Source: Eubacteriales bacterium
GTDB taxonomy: Bacteria > Bacillota > Clostridia > Oscillospirales > CAG-272
Direction: 5' to 3'
Length of the DNA stretch: 64,000 nucleotides
Assembly: GCA_045651985.1 (NCBI GenBank)
Contig: JAZRTK010000026.1
Coordinates: 173,102 to 237,101 of the forward strand
Part shown: positions 36,821-46,187 of the stretch, piece after piece
Numbering within the stretch: the first letter of the stretch is position 1
How the letters are laid out: each line of letters begins with the position of its first letter
Made by a program: the position numbers and the translations under genes
The notes under the pieces: generated by a model
Told to the model about the DNA's origin: nothing
Seen by the model: only the letters and a program-made list of their open reading frames with translations
Databases searched by the model: none

Positions 36821-37045
36821 GGATAAAAAATCTCGGAAAAGGAGAACAGGCCGATGGAAGGACCAAACCACCGTGGCCCAAAATCTTGAAAGGAGATCAA
36901 AAAGACAAACCGATGGAGACTCTTAACTTTTAACCGAAGCAGGACCAAAATTTCAGAAGAGGAGTTTTACGCCAATGGCAAAGTAAAGATCGGCCCGAAA
37001 ATCTTATAAGGAGAAAACAGACCGATGGAAACTCACATTTTGTAA
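36821..37045 (+). repeat. Tandem array of four degenerate 50-62-nt repeats, each with an SD-like AAGGAG/GAGGAG plus ATG mini-ORF
   Basis: Unit core (G)GNCC(A/G)AAAATCT..AAGGAGA..CCGATGGA. Mini-ORFs: 36854-36889 (11 aa), 36913-36933 (6 aa), 36975-36986 (3 aa), 37025-37045 (6 aa). Confidence 0.7.
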
Positions 37046-37099
37046 GCTGAATTTTGAAAGAAATATCGGGTACAAGGAAATGTGCAATTTAAATTACGA

Positions 37100-37127
37100 C
37101 TGACCGGCTTTGCCGGTCAGTTTTTTT
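37100..37127 (+). terminator. Terminator of the small-protein/repeat-array transcript
   Basis: CTGACCGG-CTTTG-CCGGTCAG followed by TTTTTTT. Confidence 0.85.
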
Positions 37128-37130
37128 GTA

Positions 37131-37162
37131 TGCAAAACACCCCCGAGTAATCTCGGGGGTGT
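37131..37162 (-). terminator. aspS terminator
   Basis: ACACCCCCGAG-TAAT-CTCGGGGGTGT with a short T-run on the minus strand. Confidence 0.7.
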
Positions 37163-37173
37163 CGTTTTATCTC

Positions 37174-38958
37174 TTATTTTTCTTCCTTGAGCGCGATGCA
37201 GAGCTCGTCCAGGGACTTGGGGTCGGCGGGAGCGGGTGCGCCCGACATCAGCTCGGATGCGTTCTGTACTTTTGGGAAAGCGATAACGTCGCGCAAGCTG
37301 TCAGCTCCGCACATAACCATGGCAAGGCGGTCAAGACCCATACCGGAGCCTCCGTGCGGCGGTGCGCCGTACTTATAGGCATCCACAAGGAAGCCGAATT
37401 TTGCGTCGATTTCTTCCTTAGTCAGACCCAGCGCATTGAACATTCTCTCCTGCAGCTGCCAATCGGTAATACGGATAGAGCCTGAAAGAAGCTCGGTGCC
37501 GTTAAGAACCATATCGTAGCACTTGGCGCGTACAGAGCCGGGGTCGGACTCAAGGCTGTCAAGACATTCATCAAGGGGCATGGTGAAGGGATGGTGCATA
37601 GCATCCCAATGCTCTGTTTCCTCGTTCCACTCAAAGAATGGGAATTCGGTGATCCACAGGAAGTTGAATTTACCTTCGGGAATGATATCCAGCTTCTTGG
37701 CAACGATGGTGCGGAGTGCGCCAAGGGTAGGAAGTGTGACCTTGTTCTTGTCGGCAACAATGAGGACCACGTCGCCGCGCTTCATGCCCAGTGCGGCAAT
37801 GATATTTGCAAGCTCGTCCTCGGTGAGGAATTTTGCAAAGGAGCAGTTGGGTGCGTCATCTGCCCAGCGGATATAGGCGAGACCGCGGGCACCGATGCCG
37901 CGAGCGTGCTCGGTCAACTTGTCGATCTCCTTGCGGGTAAGGACAGCGGCGGCGTTTTCGGCTACAATACCGCGCACGCTTCCGCCGTTTGCGATAGCGT
38001 CGGTAAATACGCCGAATCCGCAGGACTTGACCGTGTCCGAAATGTCCTTTATAAGCATATCGTAACGGGCATCGGGCTTGTCGCTTCCGTAATTTTCCAT
38101 AGCCTCGGCAAAGGTCATGCGGCGCATGGGCGTTTCGATATCAATATCCAGAACTTCTTTAAAGCAACGCTTTATAAAGCCCTCGTTCATCTGCATAATA
38201 TCTTCCTGTGTCACAAAGGACATCTCAAGGTCGATCTGCGTAAATTCGGGCTGTCTGTCCGCGCGTAAATCCTCGTCGCGGAAGCAACGGGCGATCTGAA
38301 TATAGCGGTCAAAGCCCGAAAGCATCAGAAGCTGCTTGTAGATCTGAGGGGACTGGGGGAGTGCGTACATACAGCCGTGATGGATACGGGAAGGTACTAC
38401 GTAGTCGCGGGCTCCTTCGGGCGTGGGTTTAATGAGCATAGGAGTTTCGATCTCCATAAAGCCGTTTTCGTAGTAGTATTCGCGGGCAACGCGAGCGATC
38501 TCGTGACGAATGCGGATGTTTCTCTGCAGCTCGGGACGGCGAAGGTCAAGGTAACGGTGGCGAAGGGCGATGTCGTCGCCCACCTTCTTGCCCGTGCCAA
38601 CCTCAAATGGAGGAGTCTGCGCCGCGGAGAAGATCTTCAATTTATCTACCGCGATCTCCACCATACCCGTCGGAATATTAGGATTCACAGAGGAACGTGC
38701 GCGTACAAAACCTTCGGCGCAGAGCACGAACTCGGAGCGGACGGTGAACGCCTTGTCAAATATCTCCTTGTCGGTGTCGTCGTCAAAAGCCAACTGAACG
38801 ATGCCTGTTCTGTCGCGCAGGTCGATGAAGATAAGACCGCCAAGGTCTCTCTGTCTCTGGGTCCAGCCGAGAACGCAGGCTCTTTTTCCTATATCACTCT
38901 CGGAAAGCTCACCGCAATAGTGGGTGCGCTTGTCCGTTTTTTCAAAAATTTCTGCCAT
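37174..38958 (-). CDS. aspS: Aspartate--tRNA ligase
   Basis: 594 aa; class II motifs incl. FRDEDLRADRQPEFTQID and GGSGMGLDR. Confidence 0.95.
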   Translation of the reverse strand: MAEIFEKTDKRTHYCGELSESDIGKRACVLGWTQRQRDLGGLIFIDLRDRTGIVQLAFDDDTDKEIFDKAFTVRSEFVLCAEGFVRARSSVNPNIPTGMVEIAVDKLKIFSAAQTPPFEVGTGKKVGDDIALRHRYLDLRRPELQRNIRIRHEIARVAREYYYENGFMEIETPMLIKPTPEGARDYVVPSRIHHGCMYALPQSPQIYKQLLMLSGFDRYIQIARCFRDEDLRADRQPEFTQIDLEMSFVTQEDIMQMNEGFIKRCFKEVLDIDIETPMRRMTFAEAMENYGSDKPDARYDMLIKDISDTVKSCGFGVFTDAIANGGSVRGIVAENAAAVLTRKEIDKLTEHARGIGARGLAYIRWADDAPNCSFAKFLTEDELANIIAALGMKRGDVVLIVADKNKVTLPTLGALRTIVAKKLDIIPEGKFNFLWITEFPFFEWNEETEHWDAMHHPFTMPLDECLDSLESDPGSVRAKCYDMVLNGTELLSGSIRITDWQLQERMFNALGLTKEEIDAKFGFLVDAYKYGAPPHGGSGMGLDRLAMVMCGADSLRDVIAFPKVQNASELMSGAPAPADPKSLDELCIALKEEK

Positions 38959-38992
38959 AACTAAAAATCAGTCCTTTCCTTAGCATAGGTAT

Positions 38993-39021
38993 ATTATACA
39001 CTTCTTTGTATTTTGTGTCAA
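38993..39021 (-). promoter_or_regulatory. aspS consensus promoter (short leader, no T-box)
   Basis: TTGACA-17 nt-TATAAT. Confidence 0.7.
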
Positions 39022-39036
39022 GAGTTTTGTTGCTTG

Positions 39037-39837
39037 TCAGCGGCCCCACAAAAAGAGCTTGCAGTAGGACATATATTCACGTACAAGAGTTATGTAAAGC
39101 ATAAATGGGGTGGAATCGGGTGCGCCGTAAAAGGTGGCGTCGATGCCCATGCGCGAACAGAGAAATTGAGCTCTTGGGGTGTGAAATTTTGAGGTTATGA
39201 CCGCCATTTGATAGTCTGTCAGACCTTTTTCCTTAATCAAAGCGGTGGAATACCGAAGATTTTCTATTGTGTCTGTTGCTTTGTCTTCCAATATGATGCG
39301 GTCGGCGTCGATTCCCTTTGAAATCAGGTAATCACGCATGCATTGAGCTTCGGAGACAGGCTCGTTTGAGCCCTGACCCCCGCTTACGATGCAAAGAGCC
39401 TCGGGGCATTTTTGCATCAGCTCGGCGGTACGGTCGAGACGGCGGCGAAGGACGATCCCGGGGCTTTTATCCGCTGAGACCTTGGCGCCCAAGGTCACGA
39501 AAACAGTTTTGTCGGGGAGTTCCTTGGCAGGGGTCTCATTTACGCTGCTGAACGCGATGAATCCGCACAAAAACAGGAAGGAAGCAACGTAAAAGCAAAG
39601 CCCGAAGCACCATATTCCTTTCATTATTGCAAAAAGCTTTTTGGGAAGCTTTTTAAACACGCCTTTTCTGTAAAGAATTATGACGGCGGGAAGGATAGTG
39701 ATGACCAAAAGGCAAATAAGCACGGGCAAAAATCCCTCACTCCAGATAAACTGCTTGAAAAGGTAAAGTATATAATTTGTCACCATGAAAAGCGACGCAA
39801 AGAATATTGTTTTGTCAATAAATTTTGTTTTATTCAA
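39037..39837 (-). CDS. YdcF/DUF218 (SanA/ElyC-like) membrane-anchored protein
   Basis: DUF218 core VSGGQGSNEPVSEAQCMRDYL. TTG start 39837 with RBS AAAGGAGAG; the track start 39861 lies at the predicted TSS. Confidence 0.7.
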   Translation of the reverse strand: MNKTKFIDKTIFFASLFMVTNYILYLFKQFIWSEGFLPVLICLLVITILPAVIILYRKGVFKKLPKKLFAIMKGIWCFGLCFYVASFLFLCGFIAFSSVNETPAKELPDKTVFVTLGAKVSADKSPGIVLRRRLDRTAELMQKCPEALCIVSGGQGSNEPVSEAQCMRDYLISKGIDADRIILEDKATDTIENLRYSTALIKEKGLTDYQMAVITSKFHTPRAQFLCSRMGIDATFYGAPDSTPFMLYITLVREYMSYCKLFLWGR

Positions 39838-39865
39838 AGGCTCTCTCCTTTCTTGTTTCAAGGAT

Positions 39866-39894
39866 ATTTTACATCTTCATAAGAAAATTGTCAA
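39866..39894 (-). promoter_or_regulatory. Consensus promoter of the DUF218 gene
   Basis: TTGACA-17 nt-TAAAAT. Confidence 0.65.
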
Positions 39895-40043
39895 CAGTTT
39901 TTCCGTCACAGACGCACCATGAAACTCCAAAGCTGCTCGGCATAGGTGTTTTATGTTGGAGAGGAATTTTAATTCAAGGAGATTTCCCTGCTCTGTCAAG
40001 TATTTTGAGCATATTTCTGCCAACTTTATTTTGCCCATTTTGC

Positions 40044-40072
40044 TTGATTTCTCCGTTGATTTGTGGTAAAAT
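40044..40072 (+). promoter_or_regulatory. rlmH promoter
   Basis: TTGATT-17 nt-TAAAAT. Confidence 0.55.
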
Positions 40073-40113
40073 TAGTAAAGATTTTTTGCTTTTCTTTTGT
40101 GGAGGAATTTTAG

Positions 40114-40593
40114 ATGCTTTCAATAAAGATCGTAGTTGTGGGAAGTCTTAAAGAGGAATTTTTTCGCGCCGCCGAGGCTGAATATTTGAAGCGCTTGGGC
40201 GGATTTTGCAAGATAGAGGTCGTGCAGATCAAAGAAGAACGGGTCCCCGACAAACCGTCGGCGGGTGAGATCGAGGCTGTGCTTAACAAAGAATCCAAGA
40301 CTATCCTCGCCGCCGTACCTGCAAAGGCATACAAAATAGCCATGTGCGTGGAGGGGAAGCAGCTTTCCTCGGAGGAATTGGCGGCGCAGATCGACCGCTT
40401 TGCAGCTACCCACGGCGAAATTTGCTTTATTATCGGCTCGTCCCACGGACTTGCGGAAGCGGTGAAAAGCGCCTGTGACCTGCGTCTGTCGGTGTCAAAG
40501 CTCACCTTTCCTCACCAGCTTATGCGAGTGATGATGTGCGAGATCATCTACCGCTCTATGAATATTCTCCGCGGAACGGGGTATCACAAATAA
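40114..40593 (+). CDS. rlmH: 23S rRNA (pseudouridine1915-N3)-methyltransferase
   Basis: 159 aa; SPOUT-family sequence typical of RlmH (IIGSSHGL..LTFPHQLMRV). Confidence 0.9.
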   Translation: MLSIKIVVVGSLKEEFFRAAEAEYLKRLGGFCKIEVVQIKEERVPDKPSAGEIEAVLNKESKTILAAVPAKAYKIAMCVEGKQLSSEELAAQIDRFAATHGEICFIIGSSHGLAEAVKSACDLRLSVSKLTFPHQLMRVMMCEIIYRSMNILRGTGYHK

Positions 40594-40603
40594 ACGTCTT
40601 TGT

Positions 40604-40636
40604 GCGCGAGTCCTTTGATAAAGACTCGCGCTTTTT
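40604..40636 (+). terminator. rlmH terminator
   Basis: GCGCGAGTC-loop-GACTCGCGC followed by TTTTT. Confidence 0.85.
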
Positions 40637-40709
40637 GGTCGCCTTTGACAGAATTTTTTGTTGCGTTTTGTTTATATCTCCGAAAACGAAAAGAGGTCCC
40701 TTTATTTCC

Positions 40710-40738
40710 TTGACAGTAATCTGAAAACATGGTAAAAT
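40710..40738 (+). promoter_or_regulatory. Consensus promoter of the large secreted protein gene
   Basis: TTGACA-17 nt-TAAAAT. It lies inside the track's extended ORF start. Confidence 0.7.
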
Positions 40739-40767
40739 ATAATGCATGTCTTTTTAAGGAGGATAAT

Positions 40768-43700
40768 ATGAAAAACACAGCAAAAAAGTTACTGTCCATC
40801 GCTCTTGCTTTGACGATGATAGTACCAATGTTCGCTATGCCTTCCGAGGCCGCTGATACAGCTCCCGAGCTGATCACATCCACCTCAGGCTATTCGAACA
40901 TCGAGGTTCGTGTCACCACCGACAAGGACCCCGTAAGTTACAGTATAGGGGACCCGGTTACCTTCACCATGAAGGTCTACGCCGACAACAAGCACGTTTC
41001 CGTGCCCATGATCAAGTGCAAGCTTGAGGGCGACGGCAGTGACGCGCTGGGCGTTGATAAGTTCTCTAAGGAGTATACGCTCACTCCCGATGCAAACGGC
41101 GTGTTCACTCTCACTGAAACCGTCATCTCTATCCCGGGCTATATGCGTCTTGAGGGTGACATTTACAGTGCAGACGGCACAACTAAGTGGGCAGAAACTC
41201 CCAACAACGATCGTGCAAAGGCGCTGGGCGCAGGTATTCTCGTAAATTACGAGGATATCACCACAGTTATGCCCGAGCCTGATGACTTTGACACCGTTTG
41301 GGCAAAGCGTCTGGCTGAGCTTGAAGCTGTTGAGCCCAAGATCGCTCGTATCGATAAGGTAACGAAGTGGTACAACGGCTCTACTCAAAAGACCGCGAAC
41401 TCAAGCTACGATGTTTACGCCATTTATATCGACTGTATCGGTAACGCAGGCGACATTATCAAGGGCGACGACCTCGGAAACGAAGTGGGCGCTACCTGGG
41501 CGGTTGCATACCTGACAGTCCCAAAGAATAAGACCGACGGCTCCATGAGCATTTCTCAGGGCTATCAGGGCTACGGTATCAACACGGCAACGCCTACGGA
41601 ATCCTACAGCAACATTGCCGTAAATATGTCTACTCACGCCCTCGTTCTTCTCAACAATGATAACGCGGCAACGTCGAGTACCTATAAGTCAACGTACACA
41701 TCCTACATCAAGGGCGGTTCAAATTACGGATATGATGCGACAGACAACTCCGCAATCGAGACCTGCTACTTTGCAAATATGCTTCTCCGTGACCTGCAGG
41801 TGCTTCGCTTCGTAAAGCAGGCATTCGGCACAGAGGGCGGCGCGGCTCTGGTTGACGAAAACACCGATATCCGCAATATGACTTCTTCCGAACTGACGAC
41901 TGCCATGGAATACTGGAAGGGTCTTTACAACGGTAAGATTATTGTTCAGGGTGGCTCTCAGGGCGGCTTCCAGGCTATTGGTGTGGCTGCTTTTGAGGAG
42001 GATGTTGTATCCGTCAACGCAAACATTCCGTGGATGGGTGATACACATATCGACACGGACTCCCAGAGACTTCACGGCGGCAGCAACCGTCCCACTCCCG
42101 GTGATGGTATCAGATACTGCGACACGGCGTTCCTTGTACGTCGTGTGGAAGCACCCATTACTATTAACGCCAGACTTGTGGATAAGTCTTGCGTCCCCTC
42201 CGGAACTATTTCCATTTGGAACAATCTGGTTGATTCCAAAAAGAACGTAGAGGGTTATATGGGCTCTATTAACTTTGCCCAGTCGGGAACACACAGTTAT
42301 ACACCGACTTACCCCGAAAACCAGGTACAGACTCTCCGTACCTACGAGCTCAACGAGCCTACGGGTGTGCCAAACAGTGAGGACGGCTTTGCAACGTCCG
42401 GATTTACCGACATTGACGGCGTGGTCGTTAACCAGGACGCGCCTCCTTCCGACACGGGTTACGTTCAGATCGGTACGAGCACGAAGTCGTCGGCAACGGT
42501 TGCCTCCGGCACTACTCCCAAGTTCTACTATATGCCGGGCGCTGATGTATATTACAACGCCGACCTGAAGAAGCTGGTGTTCGTCTCCAAGTCAAGCGCC
42601 AAGATTGCCCCGAACTGGGAACATCATGTCATAAAAGACGGTCAGAACTCAAATGTAGACGGCAACGTTTGGTATCTTGCATACTGGGCATCTCAGAACA
42701 AGCTTAACGTCAAGGACGTAGAATTCCGCTGCACCTCCAGCGGCACCAACTCCTTTAATCTGCTCGGCTATCTTACCGCTCAGCTCGCGGGTGTTGAGAC
42801 TGTAAAGTTTGATGCGAAACTTACGGGCGGATCATGGTCACCAAGTAAATCCAGTGAAGGCTTCATAGTTGGTATGGCCTCCCTCAAGACCGCGGGTCAC
42901 GGCACGTTTGATGCCGACGGTAATTTTATCGCAACTACCTATAATAACGGTGTCGTAGACCTTACGGGCTTTACGAACTGTGGCACGAACGTTTGGAAGT
43001 ACATGCTTTATAACTGCTCGTCGGTCACAGAGGTTGTAATTCCCACTCTGACAGGCGCTAACATGTTTGAGGGATGCTCAAGTCTGGAGACAGTTACGAT
43101 TCCCGCAAGTGCAACACTTACATCTATTGGTGCAAACGGCTTCAAGAATTGCAACAGACTTGGAGAAATAAATATTGAATGTAATCTTTCCTCGCTCAGT
43201 ATCGGAAGTGCGGCTTTCAGCGGCAAGGCTATCACGATCAACGTAAAGACCGATGCAGATAAGACGATCGTTACGAACGCGCTCTCCGCCGCGAGCATTA
43301 CCAACGTTACGGTTCTCTCTGCCGGCGAGGAGCCCCCCATAGTGGAAGAACCCGAAGAGCCTGAGTTCACCGAGGGTATTGCGTATGGCGAAGACGGATA
43401 TACCAATTCGAAATACTCGGATATCGACAGCGCAGATTCCGGCTTCGTCCAGATCGGAACGAGCAGCACAACTAAGGCAAAGGTGACCGAGACCTTCAAA
43501 CCCAAGCTTTATTATTTAAAGAACACAAACGCATATTATAATGCAATGCAGAAAAAGCTTGTATTCGTTATGGCCAGCAGCGGCGGAATCACCGGAGCCT
43601 CCGGAGAGAATAAAGAGACCACAACGAAGAACCAAGACACCGTGGGTGCTACCTGGTATCTTGCATATTGGATAATGCAGAACACATCCGACATAAAGGA

Positions 43701-45981
43701 AGTTGAATTCCGCGGCGGTGCCGGAGGCACCAAGCTTCGTTGGATCGGATACTTTACGGCTCCTCTGGAAAATGTCGTTTCTGTAAAGATTGCTTCGGAA
43801 ATCAATGCTCTCGACAGCAATAAGAGCGGCTACGCCGACTCCGTCTTCAATGGTATGTCCGCACTTAAGAGCGCGGGACACGGAACCTTTGCTTCAAACG
43901 GAGATTTTACACCTACCACATATACGGAAGGAATCGTCGATATTAGCGGATTCAGCGCAGCTGCCGCCGGAACCCTGAAATACTGCCTCTACAACAAGCC
44001 GTATATCACGACCGCAAAGACTCACACTCTTGCAGACATCAACATGTTTGACGGATGTTCCGCGCTGACAACTGTTGTCGTTCCCACAGGCGCAACACTG
44101 ACATCTATCGGCACATCTGTTTTCAACGATTGCTCGGCTCTTGAAACAATCCAGATTCTCGGCACTGTTGATTCTACTCTCGCAATCAATGCCTCTGCAT
44201 TTACAGGCACGGGCGACGTTAACGTAATTGTCAACACCTTGGCGGAAAAGGGCTATTTTGAGACCGCGCTTAATGAAGCGAGCATCACAAACGTTACAGT
44301 TACTTCTGTTGAGGTTGATGAGCCCGATGAACCCGACGAACCCGACGACTCCGATGTACCCTCTGTGCCCGATGGACCCATCGCGCCCATAGACGTGCCG
44401 AACGCTATCACAGCCGACGGCTTCCAGGTAAGAATGGAGGAATACACCGGTCTGAGAGCGCTTTTCACCTTTAAACAGAGCATTGCTAACCAAAACAAAG
44501 GCAACGGCTATACTCTTGTTTCTTACGGTGCTATCGCTTCTTCTTACAAGAAATTGATAGAAGATTTCGGCGGTGACGAAGACGCACTCTTTGCAGCGGC
44601 AAGAGAAGTAACGGACAACACACAAAGTGCCATCAAGTATATTCCCGTTTATAACGCAGACGGCACGGGTGCGAACAGATACGTTGATATCGACAAAAAG
44701 CAATTCTGTATCTCTCTGACAAGTATTGCTCCCGAAAACGCACTTTCCGATATCTACTTAGCAGGCTACGTTATCTGGGCGGATTCCGAGGGCAACCTGG
44801 GCTACACCCTCACTACTTACGACATGGCAGACGGCGAAAAGGCTGTCAACCTCTATGAGATCACACTCGGTCTCACAAAGAACGGTCTTATCAACAGTGA
44901 AAACACCGAGGACGTTTGCTTCTGGCAGATCCTCAAGAACGGTGCGCTGAAGACCGACTCTTTCAACACCGCAAATGATTCTTACGTTACGAAGGGATAC
45001 ACGCTTGACAACGGCTATTTCACCTACTGCGATATCGATTGGTACGCGTACGAGGGTAACAGCACCACGTCTTGGTGGAGCAGCACGAAGCCTACGGGTG
45101 TAGCTGACAGCGCAAGCGGACTTGTCTGGTCTGTGCTTAAATACTCGGACAGCGAGTACGTTATGATCTATCGTAACAAGAATAAGAGCACCTATCAAGA
45201 TCTTCAGATCCCCATGCATTCCGTAACTGCTCTGGCATATGCGCCTTACGATTACAGATACGGAGCCAACGTTGGTACGACCCTCAAGACCTACAACCCT
45301 GCGCTGACTCAGACGGACTTTAACAAGATCCTGACTGTTGTAATCGACCACGGCGTTGCGGGTATGAATCACGGTGGTCTCTCGGCTATAGATAAGGTTA
45401 CTACGATCGTTTATCCCTCCTCGTTCAGTGCCAAGAACCAAGCGTTCATTAACACAAAGAACCTTAAGAACGTTATCTGGTGCCATACCGACTCTAATGG
45501 CAACCCTGTTGCTCATATGTCCGAATTCTCGGGCATTACCTCGCTCGTTGACCTGAGAGGCTTCACGGCAATTGGTTTCACCGAGACGTTCAATGCGGAT
45601 TGGCCCATTGAAAATGTCGTATTTGGTTCAACCACCTCCGGAGGAACGTCGAAAACCTTCAACGGACTGACTCAGCTTAAGAGAGTTTGGAGTGCAGATC
45701 AGAGCATGCCTGCATCGGGTGTTCTGGATCTTTCCGAGCTTAATATTACGTCTATCGGTCAGCAGACGTTCAATAATGTAGGAATGGCTACAACCGTCAA
45801 GCTTCCCGATACAATTACAAAGATCAGCGGTACTCAGGCTCTCGGTAATAAAAAGACTATTGACTTTATCTGCAGTGATACCGTTGCGGAGATAGTTGCT
45901 GTATTTGCTCGTGATACAGATAGCACTAACACTGTGAACATCTCTGTAAACGGAACACCGATTGCCGATCTGGTTAGCTAA
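40768..45981 (+). CDS. Large secreted multidomain protein: CE7 acetyl-xylan-esterase-like domain, two duplicated ~320-aa modules ending in BspA-type leucine-rich repeats, and a further C-terminal LRR-containing region
   Basis: Signal peptide MKNTAKKLLSIALALTMIVPMFAMPSEA. GGSQGG nucleophile motif at 41950-41967. Repeated FEGCSSLETVTIP / FDGCSALTTVVVP LRR units. Acidic Pro-rich linkers. Confidence 0.8.
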   Translation: MKNTAKKLLSIALALTMIVPMFAMPSEAADTAPELITSTSGYSNIEVRVTTDKDPVSYSIGDPVTFTMKVYADNKHVSVPMIKCKLEGDGSDALGVDKFSKEYTLTPDANGVFTLTETVISIPGYMRLEGDIYSADGTTKWAETPNNDRAKALGAGILVNYEDITTVMPEPDDFDTVWAKRLAELEAVEPKIARIDKVTKWYNGSTQKTANSSYDVYAIYIDCIGNAGDIIKGDDLGNEVGATWAVAYLTVPKNKTDGSMSISQGYQGYGINTATPTESYSNIAVNMSTHALVLLNNDNAATSSTYKSTYTSYIKGGSNYGYDATDNSAIETCYFANMLLRDLQVLRFVKQAFGTEGGAALVDENTDIRNMTSSELTTAMEYWKGLYNGKIIVQGGSQGGFQAIGVAAFEEDVVSVNANIPWMGDTHIDTDSQRLHGGSNRPTPGDGIRYCDTAFLVRRVEAPITINARLVDKSCVPSGTISIWNNLVDSKKNVEGYMGSINFAQSGTHSYTPTYPENQVQTLRTYELNEPTGVPNSEDGFATSGFTDIDGVVVNQDAPPSDTGYVQIGTSTKSSATVASGTTPKFYYMPGADVYYNADLKKLVFVSKSSAKIAPNWEHHVIKDGQNSNVDGNVWYLAYWASQNKLNVKDVEFRCTSSGTNSFNLLGYLTAQLAGVETVKFDAKLTGGSWSPSKSSEGFIVGMASLKTAGHGTFDADGNFIATTYNNGVVDLTGFTNCGTNVWKYMLYNCSSVTEVVIPTLTGANMFEGCSSLETVTIPASATLTSIGANGFKNCNRLGEINIECNLSSLSIGSAAFSGKAITINVKTDADKTIVTNALSAASITNVTVLSAGEEPPIVEEPEEPEFTEGIAYGEDGYTNSKYSDIDSADSGFVQIGTSSTTKAKVTETFKPKLYYLKNTNAYYNAMQKKLVFVMASSGGITGASGENKETTTKNQDTVGATWYLAYWIMQNTSDIKEVEFRGGAGGTKLRWIGYFTAPLENVVSVKIASEINALDSNKSGYADSVFNGMSALKSAGHGTFASNGDFTPTTYTEGIVDISGFSAAAAGTLKYCLYNKPYITTAKTHTLADINMFDGCSALTTVVVPTGATLTSIGTSVFNDCSALETIQILGTVDSTLAINASAFTGTGDVNVIVNTLAEKGYFETALNEASITNVTVTSVEVDEPDEPDEPDDSDVPSVPDGPIAPIDVPNAITADGFQVRMEEYTGLRALFTFKQSIANQNKGNGYTLVSYGAIASSYKKLIEDFGGDEDALFAAAREVTDNTQSAIKYIPVYNADGTGANRYVDIDKKQFCISLTSIAPENALSDIYLAGYVIWADSEGNLGYTLTTYDMADGEKAVNLYEITLGLTKNGLINSENTEDVCFWQILKNGALKTDSFNTANDSYVTKGYTLDNGYFTYCDIDWYAYEGNSTTSWWSSTKPTGVADSASGLVWSVLKYSDSEYVMIYRNKNKSTYQDLQIPMHSVTALAYAPYDYRYGANVGTTLKTYNPALTQTDFNKILTVVIDHGVAGMNHGGLSAIDKVTTIVYPSSFSAKNQAFINTKNLKNVIWCHTDSNGNPVAHMSEFSGITSLVDLRGFTAIGFTETFNADWPIENVVFGSTTSGGTSKTFNGLTQLKRVWSADQSMPASGVLDLSELNITSIGQQTFNNVGMATTVKLPDTITKISGTQALGNKKTIDFICSDTVAEIVAVFARDTDSTNTVNISVNGTPIADLVS

Positions 45982-45995
45982 GCGGAAGGAAGAAA

Positions 45996-46115
45996 ATATT
46001 AAATAAAAAAACATATGTAACTCCCGAAGTTGAGGTTATCGCTTCTGATGCCATCAATGTTCTCGCAGTATCATCTGTCGGAGATATTGAGATAGGCGCA
46101 GGCGGAATATTCTAA
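45996..46115 (+). CDS. Possible 39-aa peptide ORF with no canonical start codon (ATA after GGAAGGA)
   Basis: Open frame ..(I)LNKKTYVTPEVEVIASDAINVLAVSSVGDIEIGAGGIF*, between the large gene's stop and its terminator. Confidence 0.25.
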   Translation: MLNKKTYVTPEVEVIASDAINVLAVSSVGDIEIGAGGIF

Positions 46116-46125
46116 CTAAACAAAT

Positions 46126-46155
46126 AAAACCCCCGCTTCGGCGGGGGTTTTATTT
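46126..46155 (+). terminator. Terminator of the large secreted protein transcript
   Basis: CCCCCGC-TTCG-GCGGGGG followed by TTTTATTT. Confidence 0.9.
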
Positions 46156-46187
46156 AAGAGTGGATCATTGGGGGTGTCAGCTTCTGA

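Noticed and set aside
40729-40767. N-terminal extensions of track ORFs (40729, 39861, 29000, 25414, 9404, 36431, 11784)
   Set aside because: In most cases a near-consensus promoter or its predicted TSS lies inside or downstream of the extension, and a better RBS-ATG/TTG follows. For 11784 the reason is different: the TTG start lies inside pgsA. The starts were moved to 40768, 39837, 28964, 25531, 9377, 36539 and 11742.
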